This document shows, piece after piece, positions 35,147 through 46,481 of a stretch of DNA of 64,000 bases. The position numbers were made by a program, and so were the translations under genes. Under the pieces are notes generated by a model. It saw only the letters and a list, made by a program, of their open reading frames with translations. It was not told where the DNA came from and did not search any database. The stretch is from Blastocladiella emersonii ATCC 22665 (lineage: Eukaryota; Fungi; Blastocladiomycota): assembly GCA_025594325.1 (NCBI GenBank), contig JANHCV010000005.1, positions 1,922,001 through 1,986,000 on the forward strand. The letters run 5' to 3'. The first letter of the stretch is position 1; each line of letters opens with the position of its first letter.

Positions 35147-37212
35147 ATGCATCAACACGCGCCTGACGCCTCCGCGGCGCCCGCCCCGCCGCCCGCGGCG
35201 CCCGCCCCGCCGCCCGCGGCGCCCGCCCCGCCGCCCGCGGCGCCCGCCCCGCCGCCCGCGGCGCCCGCCCCGCCGCCCGCGGCGCCCGCCCCGCCGCCCG
35301 CGGCGCCCACGCCGCCGACGGTCGACGCCGCGGCCAGCGCCGCGCTGATGGCGTTCATCCAGAACAACGCCATGGAGCCCGCCACGGTCGGCGGCTGGGT
35401 CGCCATGGGCGCGGCGTGCGAGTGGCACGCCGAGGAGACGCGCGACCAGGTCGCCCGGATCGCCCAGAGCATCGCGGCCGAGATCCCGCACGGCCGCCAC
35501 AAGCCGCTCGTCGAGGCGTCGATCCGCGTGTCGGCCATGGCGACCCAGCTCGACCACGCGCACCAGATCGTCACGAGCCGCATCGCCGCGCTCACGTCGA
35601 CGCCCGTGCCCGAAGCAACCGGTCCGCCGATGCCAGCTCCTGCTCAAGTTCCCGCAGGCCGTGGACCACCATCGGCCGCGGCGCCGGCGGCCGTATCCTC
35701 GGCGACTACCTCGGCGCCCGCACCGGCTCGGCCGGCCTCGATCTCGGCGCCCGCGTCGGCATCAAGCGCGCCGCCGTCGTCTGCCGCCTCATCTTCTACC
35801 ACACCCGGCGCACCCGTCCTCGCCGCTGCTGCCCCCGCCCCGCTCGGTTCCGCGCAGGCACGGGACCCGCGGCGCCCACGGCACCAGTTCATGCCGGCTG
35901 TTCCCGTCTTCAACGCGCTCGGGTTCGCGTCCGTGACCGCGGCCGCGCCGTCCCCATCATCTTCGAGCTCGTCGCCGGCGGCGGCAAGTATCCCGCCCAG
36001 CAGCGCCTCGGCCGCCGCTTCCGCCGCCAGCAGCAGCAGTCGCACGCCTACGAGCCGCAGGCCTACGAGCAGTCCGCGAGCGCCGCTCCCGCATCTACGA
36101 CATCGTCGGCGTACGCGACGTCGTCGTCGACTGGTTCTTCCACGTCGGTCCATCCGCGTCACGATGACCACCACCACCACCACCACCACCACCACACGGC
36201 GGCCCATCACCACGACCACCATCACCACGGGCCTACGACGGCCGCCGCCGGCCGCGGGTGCAAGCTGTGCAAGATGATTATCCGGTCCGGGTCTGGGTCA
36301 AAGCGCGTGCGCCTGGACGCGCACGGCACGTCGCAGTGTCCGCTGGTGCGGTCCGAGCAGGAGATCGTCCGGTTTGCCAAGACGTTCGAGCCCGGGCTGC
36401 GCCGCGTCAAGGGCATCCAGAACATCAAGCCGGGAACCGGGCCCGACGTCACCGAGGCGATTCTCGCGCGGCGCGCTCAGCGGCTCGCGGACCAGATCGA
36501 GAAGCTCTGCGACCGGAGCCCCGAGTACCGGCCCATCCAGCTCGCGCTCCGCATGCTCGCCCAACTGCCGACGGCCGACGGTCGCGCGCACCTGCTCGGC
36601 TTCTTCTTCGACACGCTCCGCGAGCTGCAGCAGGCGGCGATGCGCAAGGCCTCGGGCATCGCATCGCACGACAACTCCGTCGCCGTCCAGGCCAACTCTG
36701 CCGCACCGGCGGGTCCGCCGGCGGCCGCCGCGGCCACGGCCTCGTCGAGAGCCTCGTCGTCCGCATCCGTCGCAGCGCCTCATGATTTCGCGCTCGCTTC
36801 CGTACCCGCTCCTCCTGCGGCCAACCGCCCCTTCTTCTCCATGTGCGGCTACTGCCGCGCCGTCCTCCGCGGCGAGCCAGGCCGCATCATGGGCCAAGAG
36901 CACTCGCACCGTGTCGACGAGTGCAAGCTGCTGTCGTACGACCTCGCCAACCGCGTCAAGCGCTGCCTGCATCATCTCGCCGCGGCAGGCCTCCCGTTCG
37001 AGTTCGGCTTCACGTCGCACGCCTCGACTGTGGGCGAGACCGCGCTCGTCCGGTGCGCCGAGCAGCTGATCGCCCAGCTCATCCAGCTCGACAAGTCGTA
37101 CCCCAAGGCGCGGGTCGTGCGTTCCGGTCTCGGCGAGATCCTGCGGTTCGGCAAGACCAGTCGCCGCACGGACGCCCTCATCCTCCTCTTCACGCTGGTG
37201 CTCGAGGACTAA
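35147..37212 (+). CDS. Unknown protein with Pro/Ala repeat, poly-His and two C-x2-C-x17-H-x4-C + helical domain repeats; split over two overlapping frames (copy 1)
   Basis: ATG-35147 frame (stop 36277) overlaps the 35416-37212 frame; knuckles at 36259-36339 and 36844-36924. Confidence 0.6.
35174..35299 (+). repeat. 21-bp VNTR (GCGGCGCCCGCCCCGCCGCCC) x6 encoding AAPAPPP
   Basis: Six perfect units here versus seven in the right arm. Confidence 0.92.
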
Positions 37213-37862
37213 GTGCGCCGAAGCGCGTGGGCCGGCGGCCGACTGGGATGCCGCATCGGCGACATCGTTGACTCTTCCTAATACCATTAGCACATTAATC
37301 ACCACTCACTCCCTCTTCCCAAGAACCTCGCTTGCATATAATTGGTTCTTTCGCATTGTTCGCTTGGCCTCCCTGGGTTGTGGAGCGCGCGTCGCGTGGG
37401 CCGCTGGATCAAGTGACGGCGAATCTTCGCCAAAGTACTACACATTGACCAGATCCGGCCGTCGTGCTCTCACCGAGGGACAAAAGGGAGTGAAGCATGG
37501 ACAGTATTTCTCGGTGACCTTAGCTCATGGCGAAGCCTTGAAATCCGGAGCGAGGGGCACTTTGCCAAAGTCAAGCTCTCGTACTCGGCGGGCGGGAGTC
37601 GAGTGGACACGTTGCATCGGGGCTGTTGGCGTGGATATCGGGGGACCGTTTCGAACCCTAAAAAAGTTCGGCAATGATAGTCCATCATTGAGGTACCTGA
37701 CCGGCTACGTCCATAGACTGGTGCAACAAAAAAATGCCCTCCTCCCCCCACTTACTAACCACTAACCATAAACCTTTTGCTCGATGGCATTTCTGGTCTT
37801 TCCTTCTTGAATTGTTGCTATTTTCACGCGCGCGCGTGCGGTGCCTCGGGAGACAGGCGGTG

Positions 37863-37924
37863 GAGACGCGTCGCGAAAACGCGTGATCCGATCACGCGCC
37901 GTGTGCGAGACGCGTCGCGCCACA
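37863..37924 (+). promoter_or_regulatory. 62-bp conserved dyad element, copy 1 (function unknown)
   Basis: GAGACGCGTCGCGAAAACGCGTGATCCGATCACGCGCCGTGTGCGAGACGCGTCGCGCCACA: two GAGACGCGTCGCG direct repeats flanking the palindrome CGCGTGATC-N-GATCACGCG. Confidence 0.6.
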
Positions 37925-38073
37925 CTTTTGATCAACTCACCTGAATTTCAGATGCTGTTCACGTTTGAAAAGGTGTAAAAAACTTGTCGGGCATTCATAG
38001 AGGATATTTATTGACTCGCGACACAATTTTTAAATACTTGACTCGAGACCTTCCGCCTGCAAGGTCTGGATTA

Positions 38074-38529
38074 ATGAGCCGACGGCCGTGCATTCGCGTT
38101 GTTAGCCAGACGGGAGGTCAGCGAGCGCAATTACACATGCTTTCTAAGGCGGCTACGTCGGCATGCTCAAGAACTGAGTCGTCGATCACGCTCGTAGTGC
38201 GCCAGCCCGAGAACGTAGCCTGGAGTCGTGCGAAGCGACGCAGCGTCTTCGCCGCCCTTCGCCTCGAGGACTTACAGCTATGTCCGTGTCAGCTCGCCGC
38301 TTCGAATCCGCCGGTCGACTTTGACAACGAGATCATGCAGTGTACGACGGGTGCAAGCGCGGTCGTGGTCTGCAGATTCACTCGGAAGCTGTTGCGCGAG
38401 ATCGGCAAGCTCGACCAGTCGTACCCGATGCCGCAGGTGGCGTGTGCCGGTCTCGATGTAGTCTTCCGGATACACAAGGACCAGGACTGCGTGGAAGTTC
38501 GCCTGCTCAAGCTGTTCGCCAAGCTCTAG
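38074..38529 (+). pseudogene. Truncated/degenerate paralog of the helical C-terminal domain of the 35147 gene (151-aa ORF)
   Basis: CPCQLAASNPPVDF...VCRFTRKLLREIGKLDQSYPMPQVACAGLDVVFRIHK aligns with RCLHHLAAAGLPFEF...VRCAEQLIAQLIQLDKSYPKARVVRSGLGEILRFGK. Confidence 0.6.
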
Positions 38530-39208
38530 CGGCGGCGTCACCGTTACGCGCGGTAGTCGGCGCGGCGCGACTGCCGAGGCGTACGACTCGTGCCGCGGTT
38601 GCCAGTTGTGCTCGTTGTTAGCATAACTCTCTACCATCATTCAGCATGAACGTTCCCACATACACTCAATCTTAGCGCACTAGTTCTTGCCATTCGTCCC
38701 GCTGACGTGAACAATCGTCTTGACTGCCCTACGCTGATGCTGTGATGGGTAGACTGGCCGCATGTCGATAGAGCGAAGAGGGACGACGTTTCTGTTGTGT
38801 TGGGTTTTACAGAGTCGGTCACTGCTCGCCTCGGCCGGGGTTGACGATTCGCTGGTGGGAGCTGGGCGCGAAGGGTACATTGCCCTGGTTGGACTGCTAC
38901 GTTTGACGGGTAGGAGTGGAGTCGTCAGACCGCAGCTTCTCGGTTCATGGCCGTGCGTGTGTCCAGGCCCCCGTTCGAGTCCCTTGCTTTCAAGCAAGGG
39001 CTTTGACATTGCTTCCATCATCATCAATGCGTGTGTGGTCTCTCCGCGCACGGACCATCAACCTGAAGACTCAATTTGGCCTCCCTCCTCCCTGTTGAGC
39101 TAACTACACTAACCTTTTATCATCAGAAACTCGGATTTGTTATCCCCTTTTCGGTGTGATATTCTCGGTTTCGCGGGCGAACGAGGCCACCGCGGGAGAC
39201 GATTGGTG

Positions 39209-39270
39209 GAGACGCGTCGCGAAAACGCGTGATCTGATCACGCGCCGTGTGCGAGACGCGTCGCGCCACA
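39209..39270 (+). promoter_or_regulatory. 62-bp conserved dyad element, copy 2 (inside the spacer)
   Basis: 61/62 identical to copy 1; the only change is the central base of the dyad (C to T at 39235). Confidence 0.6.
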
Positions 39271-39572
39271 GTTCAATCAACTCGCCTGAATGCGGATGCC
39301 GCACGCGCTCAAAACGTTTCAGTGCCGTATGTATCAACCAGGTAGTGTATATACTGACTTGCGAGCCCATGGCTAAGCCCGGACTTGAGGTTTTCCCGGC
39401 CACAGAGTGCGTGGTTCAAGTGAACCCTCGCCAAAGCCCTCCTGTTGTCCAATTCGGCCTCGTTGACGCATTCAAGGACCGTGCTGGTGATCACCGTCGG
39501 GGGTAAGCCGGCCCGCGGTCATATAAAGAGGTGCGTGCGATGGTTCATGTATTGCCGTCAACGTGGCGACGA

Positions 39573-41962
39573 CTAAAGTCTGCGCAGGAGCGAGAGCACC
39601 TCGTCCATGTCGTGCTATACGGAGCGTCGCAAGTCAGTCCCGAACGCAATTTCATCGCACGCCCCCGCGTCCGTACCTGGAGAATGTGTAGCGAGTACAG
39701 CGACGCGACAACGAGCTCGCGCAGCCCGTCGCCCGTCATGTCCGCGTGGTACATCGCGTGGACCGGGTACGCCATCTTCTTGACGGACACGAGCTGGTAT
39801 TGGTTGCTAATTGAGTCTACAGTGATCGGTTGGACAACGTCAGGTCTCTTTGCAAAGCCAGAGGGCAGAACCGTACCAAAGTCGTACATGAGCACGCGCT
39901 GGCCGTATGTTCCGAGCAAGAGCTGGTCGCGCTTGCCGTCCGTCCACCGCAAGCGTGCCACACACGCACATAGTACCGAGTCGAACTGGTCGCTGAGCAG
40001 CAGCGTGTGCGGCTCGACGGCGTCCCACCCGGATCCGTCGGCGCAAATGCCGCGGAAGACGAGAGCAGGCTCGGACGCGGCAACGATCAGCAGGTTGAGC
40101 TGCTCCCGAGTGTCCTCCTGCTCGGTGCCGCCCGGTTTGGTGACAAGGAACTCGATGGCGGTGATGGGCGTGTAGAAGAGCGGGTACTGGAATGTCCGTT
40201 GCCGCGAGCGATCTACTTGGCGGCCAGAGTCAATAACTCGAGGGACGAGGTCCGGTGCCGAGATTCGGCCGTACCAAACGTGTGCGTAACGGAGTCGCGG
40301 TGGTCGACCACGACCTGCAGCTCGCCCGAGCCGTAGCCCAGCGCCAGGTACCGCGCGTCACGGTGCTCAAACGTCGTGAGGTGCGTCAGCCTATTTTCGT
40401 TCGACAAAGTCAGCATGCGCTGAACATGTTCGCTCAAGGGTTGAGAACGTACGCCGATTGCTGAGGCACGAGGTCGGGGAAATGCGCCGCCGTCTCGACG
40501 GCCTGGAACTTGCGCGTTGACGGCACCTCGGCGTACAGGTGCAGCTCGCCGGCCGTGTCCGTGACGCAGATTGCCATGGGCTCGCGGCCCTCGTGGTGGA
40601 TCCTAACTCGGATCGAGTGTGAGCACCGAGGACGTATGAGGCGCCACACGAGAAGTCAACCGTACTCAATGTGTCCGACTTGCAGCGGCTCGTAGTCAAG
40701 CGGGATGATCTGGCAGTCACCGGCGAGGGCAAACAGTTTGCGCTCGAGGGTCGGCGCGTTGCTCGAGGCGCCGTAGATGTGAAGCGCATGTCGCGAGTTG
40801 CTGCTCTCATCGGGACCATCGGGACTCGCGCGGTTCTACAAAAAGTCAGAACACAGGAATCGGCGGTTCAAGCTACGCCAGAGCGTACCGTGATAACCGT
40901 GACAGCGACAATCACATTGGACACGCCCGTCCGAGACGGACCGCGCGCCGGCCTGACCTTGCCGGCGACCACGTCAGCAAAGTTGAACATGGAGTGGCGC
41001 TCAAACGCGTGCATCGCAAGCGCCGCTGCAGACTCGGTCTCGGCCAGCTGGCCAAGCGGGACCTCGACCGTGTTCCAGTACCCGCTGGCCGCCACGATAC
41101 CAAGCAGGTGGTTGTTGGAGCTGACCGAGAGGACGTGCAGGCGCTCCTCGCCGCTCGGCCCAGTTCCCGAGTCAGTCGCAGTCGAGGAAGTGCGCGAGAC
41201 GGACGGTTTGCCGCGAGTCGACGCGGATCGAGCGGGTACGTCCTGGGCAGCTGCATCCACAGCGCGAGCAGACTCGCGGGAAGCACCTGGTGCGGAAGCT
41301 GGACGCCGCTGTTGATCCGCCGCCGCGCCACCCGTAGCGACATCTTCAGGTGCGAGGGTCACGGCCGCATCAGCGACGGGTGCAGCAGTCGCCTGCCACA
41401 CAACGGTCGGGACACCTGTCGATGGTGCGGTGGCGGGGATCGGCGCCATGCTCGGAGTCGCTGTAGGCAGAAGGCTGCTAGTGGTAGAAGCTGTACCGCC
41501 CGCACCGAAAGCAGCTCCCGCGCTGGGCTCTTCGACAAGCGGGAGTGTGACGGCGACTGGCCGCGCTGCGAGCGACGCGCCGCTGCTCGCCGAGGATGGC
41601 GGCCCACCCGCAGCACCAGCAGCGGCGGCGGCGGCGGCTTCACGGGCAGCGTCGAACGGCACGACGGGCGAGACGTGGCACGAAATGGGCTGAAAAGATG
41701 GCGAGACAGCGGCGAGCGCCGCCGCGTCGGGCCCGCTCCCGCTCCCCACGCCCGACGTGTAGACGAAGGCCGGGTGCATGGGGGTGGCGGGCAGCACGGC
41801 GGGCGCGGCCGTGCGCAGGCCCGACGAGCCAAAGACGGTGGTCCGCGCGAAGCCGCCAAACCGCGCGACGTGGATCTCGTGCATCGGGAACGGGACCAGC
41901 CGCGGGAGGGCCGAGGCTGGCGGCGCATGGTCGCTGCCCGGGACATGTTCATTCGCTTCCAT
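39573..41962 (-). CDS. KPTN: Kaptin-like protein (KICSTOR subunit), multi-exon
   Basis: LHLYAEVPSTRKFQAVETAAHFPDL, YLALGYGSGELQV, EPALVFRG, SDQFDSVLC, LLLGTYGQRVLMY and HADMTGDGLRELVVASLYSLHILQ match kaptin motifs recalled from the animal protein. Exon boundaries not all resolved. Confidence 0.75.
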
Positions 41963-42179
41963 TGTGACTCTATTGCATGGACTCGCGGTGCATTCGGGGT
42001 CGGCGCGATCTCGGCCTGCAGGGCGTCGGGTCGGCTGCGGTCTCACAACGACATGATCGCCACGTCGTCGGCGCGCGCGCTCGGGCGACGCCGAGGCCAA
42101 GACATGATGTAGTCAGTGTATATCTAAAGTATATGGTTGGTCGGTTTCACACGGAGAAGCCGAGCGGGACGGGAAGCGC

Positions 42180-45100
42180 CTAGCCGTGCTTGCGCGACGA
42201 CGACGACCGGCGGGCCTCGCCCGAGTGGTGCTTGAGCGGCGACCGGCCCGCGGCGCTGCCGACGTTGCTGCCGCCCACGGCCGACGTCAGCTCGGTGAGG
42301 ATCGCGTCCGTCTTGAGCTTGAGCTGCGACACGGCCTCGCTGAGGTTGTCGGCGGCAGGCTCGCCCGCGACCCCCGAGTCCGACTTTTGCTGCCTCTTGC
42401 CGTGCTGGCCAGCCGCCGGCGAGCCATATGCGGCAGCGGCCGCAGCGGCTGCCTCGCGGAGCTTGCGCTCGTGGCGGCGGTGGTGGTGCTCGCGCTCGCG
42501 GGCACGGTCGTGGGCGCGCGACCGGCCAGCGAGCCCGTCGGCGGACGACGTCGACGACGACGAGTGCTTGGCGGCGGCAGCCGTACTCGACGTCTTGGCC
42601 TGCTGCTCCTTCCACAGCTTCTTGCGCAGCTTGGCGATGGCGACCTGCTCGGACGCCCACAGCTCGAGGTGCGACGCCCGCGCCCCGCGCGCCTCGTTGG
42701 CCGCAATCGCGCGCGCCAGCTCGTCCTGCACAATGACCGGGTACCCCGCCCGCGCGGGCCCGTCGCCATCATCCCGCGAATCCGAGTCGCTGGCGGTGGC
42801 GCTCCGACTCGACAGCGAGCCATCATCCTCATCGTCGGTGCACGACCCACAGGACGCGGGGACGGGTCGGGGGCGGGACCGAGCGGCGGGGACGGGCGAC
42901 GACGGCTGAGCGTTGCGTGGGGCGCGGCGGCTGCTCTGCGGAGGCGCCTGCTGCTGCCGTTGCTGTTGCTCGTGCGACACGGCCGTACGCACCACGTTGA
43001 ACGTGTCCTGCGACCGCGGCGCCGCCACCTTGCTTGGCGATGAGGCGGGAGGACTAGTCGGGGACGTAGCGCGGGGGATGTTGCCACCCGCACGCGCCGC
43101 CTTGGCGGCCTCGCGCAGACGGTCCGCGTTCGAGCGGCGGGCGAGGCGGCGCTGGAGGTCGACGAGGCGGGCCTGCCGCTGCGGGTCTAGGACCGGGATC
43201 CCCGCCGCCGCCCCAGACCCGTCACCATTACCGCGACCGCCGCCGGCAGCTGCGCGCTCGGACTGCGGGGGCGCCGACGGGGCCACGGCAAACGGCAGCG
43301 ACGCGCACTCGGCGGCGAGCGACTCGACCTGGTCGCTCGTGTCGAGCGCGACGGGGAGCGTCCCCTCGACCAGCGTCCGCAGCTCGCTCAGCGTGCGCAG
43401 GCCCGCCGCGAGCCCGTTGAGGGATGCCGCCGCTTCCTCGGATGCGCTGAGTCCCGCCGCAGACTGCTGCGACTCGGCCGCCACGCGATTGGCAACGCGC
43501 AGGGCATCGAGCGCGGCCGATCGGACGGAGGCCCACGTCGCGGCGAGGTCCTTGGTCTCCTGCTGCACGGTCGCCACGCCGGCCACACCCATGTCAGCCG
43601 ACAGGTTGCCGATGTGGGCCAAGAACTCGGCGACGCCGGTGCGCGCGCGGTGAGTGTCCTCGATCGTGTCCGAGATGGCCTGGCTGGCCGAGCGGAGGAC
43701 GCCGCGGCCGCGCGCAATCGCGTCGCCGAGCCGCTGGATGCGGTCGCCCGACCACTCGTGGACGCACAGGCCGGCCGTGGCCTGCAGCTGCGCCTGCGCC
43801 CGGGCGAGCGCCGACGCCGACCGCTGGATCTCGGTGGTAAGCGGGGCGAGGCGCGAGCGCATGGACCCGACGGCGGCGAACGCGCTGGGCGAGCGCGCAA
43901 ACTGCGTCACGTCGATGCGGTCGAGCGTGGCGTGAATCTGCGCCGCGAGGTTGCGGCTCGACTGCACCGCGTCGGCGAGCGCCTGCACGAGCTGCCCCGC
44001 GGGCAGGATCGTCTCCTCGGCCGCAATCGACTCGAGCGTGTGCGCGAGGGCGAGGAGCGCCGTCTCGTCGGTCCACGCACCACCCCCCGCCGTCGTCGTG
44101 GGATTCGAGCCCGGGTTATTCGGGTCCGAGCCGGTGCCGCCATCGGGGCCGACTGGGCGGACGGGCGCCCGCAGGTGGGCCAGCGCGTCGTCGAGCTCGC
44201 CCATGACGCTGGCGCCCTCGGCCTGCGCGCACGACAGCTCGGTCAGCGACCGCACCGCGCGGCGCCACTGCGACCGGACGGCCTCGTCGAGCGAGAAGGC
44301 CGCGTGTGCGAGCAATAGGTTCGGGACCGTACCCGTAGTACCGTTACCCGACACGGCCTCGAGCGCAAAGGGCGTACACGACACGCACGAGTGGGTGAGG
44401 CGGCGCAGCGGTGCGAGGTGCCGCGGGTCGACGACGCCGACCTGGTACTTTTGCGTGTTCTCGACCTCGGCAATGTGCAGCGCGCCCGAGATCTGCGCCG
44501 AGTAGTAGTCGAGCAGCTGCGCGCACATGCCGCCCGCGTCCTGGCCCTCCTTGCTGGCGCGCTCGGCGAGGGTCTTGGCGATGATGAGGCGCGCGATGCG
44601 CTCGCCGAGCGCCACGTCCGGGCCCAGCGTCGCTGGCGCGTGGAAGTGTGCGAGCGCCGTGTACAGCAACGCCTTGCCCTGGAGCGCGGCCATCCAGCCG
44701 GCGGGGAAGCGGCCGTTCTGGGCGGACGACGACGATGACGACGAGGTGAGCGGCGCAAGGGCCCGGTGGATGGCCGCCGAGATGGCGCGACCGCCACCCG
44801 CCACCCCGCCGCCATGGTGGCCCGAGCCGCCGTGGTCCGAGAAGGCCGAAAATGACGCGCCGGAGGAGTACGACGACGACGACGAGGACGACGACTTGGA
44901 CGCGCGCAGGGCGAGCTCGTAGTGGTCGGCGGTCTGCGCGGCAATCTGCGAGGTGAGCGTGCTCGAGGCCGCGTCGAGGTTGGCCTTTTCGACAAAGCAC
45001 TCGTGCGCCTGGGCGAGCATGGTCTCGCTGAGGGCGTGCAGCGTCTGCTGGCTGAGGTCGGCCGCCTTGCCGAGCTTGAGGCGGAACCGCGGCGCGAGCA

Positions 45101-46202
45101 CGTCGCGGACGTAGGCAAAGACGCCGGCGGCACGCTGAAAGTGGCCCGCGGCGACCTTGATGCCGTCGGGCGTCCAGATGGGCTGGTTGGCGGCGAGCTG
45201 CGAGTAGAGCGCGCCGAGGTTGAAGAGGACCGCCGCCTTTTCGACCTGGATGCACCGCGCGGTGACGGCTACAAGTTCGCATGGTGTGAGCGGCTAGCCG
45301 GGCGGGTCGTGGGCAAGATGCTGGATGGACGGCATACCCTTCTTGTGCGGCGCAAAGGCGTCGAACCAGGTGAATGCGACGTCGACCTCGTCCGTGGCGA
45401 ACGGGAAGCGCTCCTCCATCCACAGCAGCAGCGCGTAGTACTCTTGGAGCCGGGCGAGGCCGCCGTCGGACCGCTCGGGCGCGCCGGCGTGGATGCGCAG
45501 CTGGTTCATGGCGTACCAGTGCGAGTCGAGCGGGAGCGCGCCAGGCCAGAAACCCGCCGCGGCGTGCGACAGCCCGGTCGCGTAGTTGTCCGAGGCAGTG
45601 GTAGCGCCCGGAGCCGACGACGGCGACGAGGAGGCCTCGCCGAGAATCTTGGGCAGGAGGGCATCGCGCAAGTTGAGAAAGTGCTGCTGCTGTTGCTGCT
45701 GAGGCGCGGGAGATGACGGCGGCGAACGGTTGACGGTTGCCGCGATGGCGTTCGGGTCCGAGGCGACAACACCGCCCGCCGGGCCCGCAAACACGCTCTG
45801 CGCGTCGACGGCCGAGCTCGTGCCCGCCGCACTCGCGGGTGGCCAGGCCGCTGGGTGGTGCGGTGGAGGAGGGCTCACGACAGCGGCAGCGACCGACGAC
45901 ACGGCACCCGCGACGCCCTTGCCGAGGCCGAGCAGCTTGTTGACGGGGAGCGCGGCGAGCGACCGGCGGGCGGCAGCCGAGGTGGTCGGGACGAGCGGCT
46001 CAAAGTTGCGCTTGGCGGGGACGACGAGGAACGACGAGGTCGCTGCCCCGCCCGCGGCAGAAGCTCCACCACCACCACGGCGGTGCGGGCTGCTGCGCGA
46101 TCCGTCGCTGCCGAGGAGCCCCGCGGCCGATCCGGCGTCCCGGTTGAGCGCCGTCTGCGTGAACGTCTGCCAAAAGTTGCTCACGTCCGCCGACGTCGTC
46201 AT
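42180..46202 (-). CDS. BRO1-domain protein (ALIX/Bro1/Rim20 family) with low-complexity inserts
   Basis: QEYYALL...RFPF...FTWFDAF, EKAAVLFNLGALYSQLA, HFQRAAGVFAYVRD, DLSQQTLHALSETMLAQAHEC; intron 45269-45337. Confidence 0.88.
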
Positions 46203-46481
46203 GGTCGGTCGGTCGTTTTGCGGTGTAGGCGGATCCGGCGTATGTCGCTCGACTCGATGCGTAGAGATAGATGGATGGATGCGTCTAGCGTTTCTTGGGA
46301 GGAGGAGTGCAAGATCAGAGCGTATCTTGAGAGGGGGAGAGAGAAACGCGTCGGCGCGTGCTCACGTGCGCCTGAGGCACGCGTTTCGCCTCGCCTCCCC
46401 TTGAGCCTCCCCTTCCCGCATCGCCCCCGGTGCACCACCAAGCCAGTCCAAAAATGAATGAATGTATACCCCAGCCAGCAT

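Larger units (their letters stand above)
30025..38430 (+). repeat. Left arm of giant inverted repeat (at least 8406 bp; outer limit not visible)
   Basis: Reverse complement of 55574-64000. Paired coordinates sum to 94025 outside the VNTR and 94004 inside it. Identity stops after ...GTACCCGATG at 38430. Confidence 0.98.

Noticed and set aside
36168-36230. (CAC)n and other trinucleotide/hexanucleotide runs as CRISPR-like or regulatory arrays
   Set aside because: They are coding microsatellites (poly-His, poly-Gln, RE/RS repeats) without unique spacers; the genome is eukaryotic and has no cas genes.
35147-37212. Knuckle gene as the gag of an intact retrotransposon, with the arms as LTRs/TIRs
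   Set aside because: No protease, RT, integrase, tyrosine recombinase or DDE motifs nearby, and the arms contain ordinary spliced housekeeping genes.
37268-37765. 165-aa ORF (and its mirror at 56239-56736) in the low-GC trailer
   Set aside because: Non-ATG start, atypical composition, no motifs, and the region aligns with non-coding decayed tandem units.
38965-39000. B-box-like CGTTCGAGTCC followed by a 9-bp stem (CCCTTGCTT-TC-AAGCAAGGG), suggesting a tRNA or SINE
   Set aside because: No convincing A box or cloverleaf could be folded; tRNAscan-SE would settle it.
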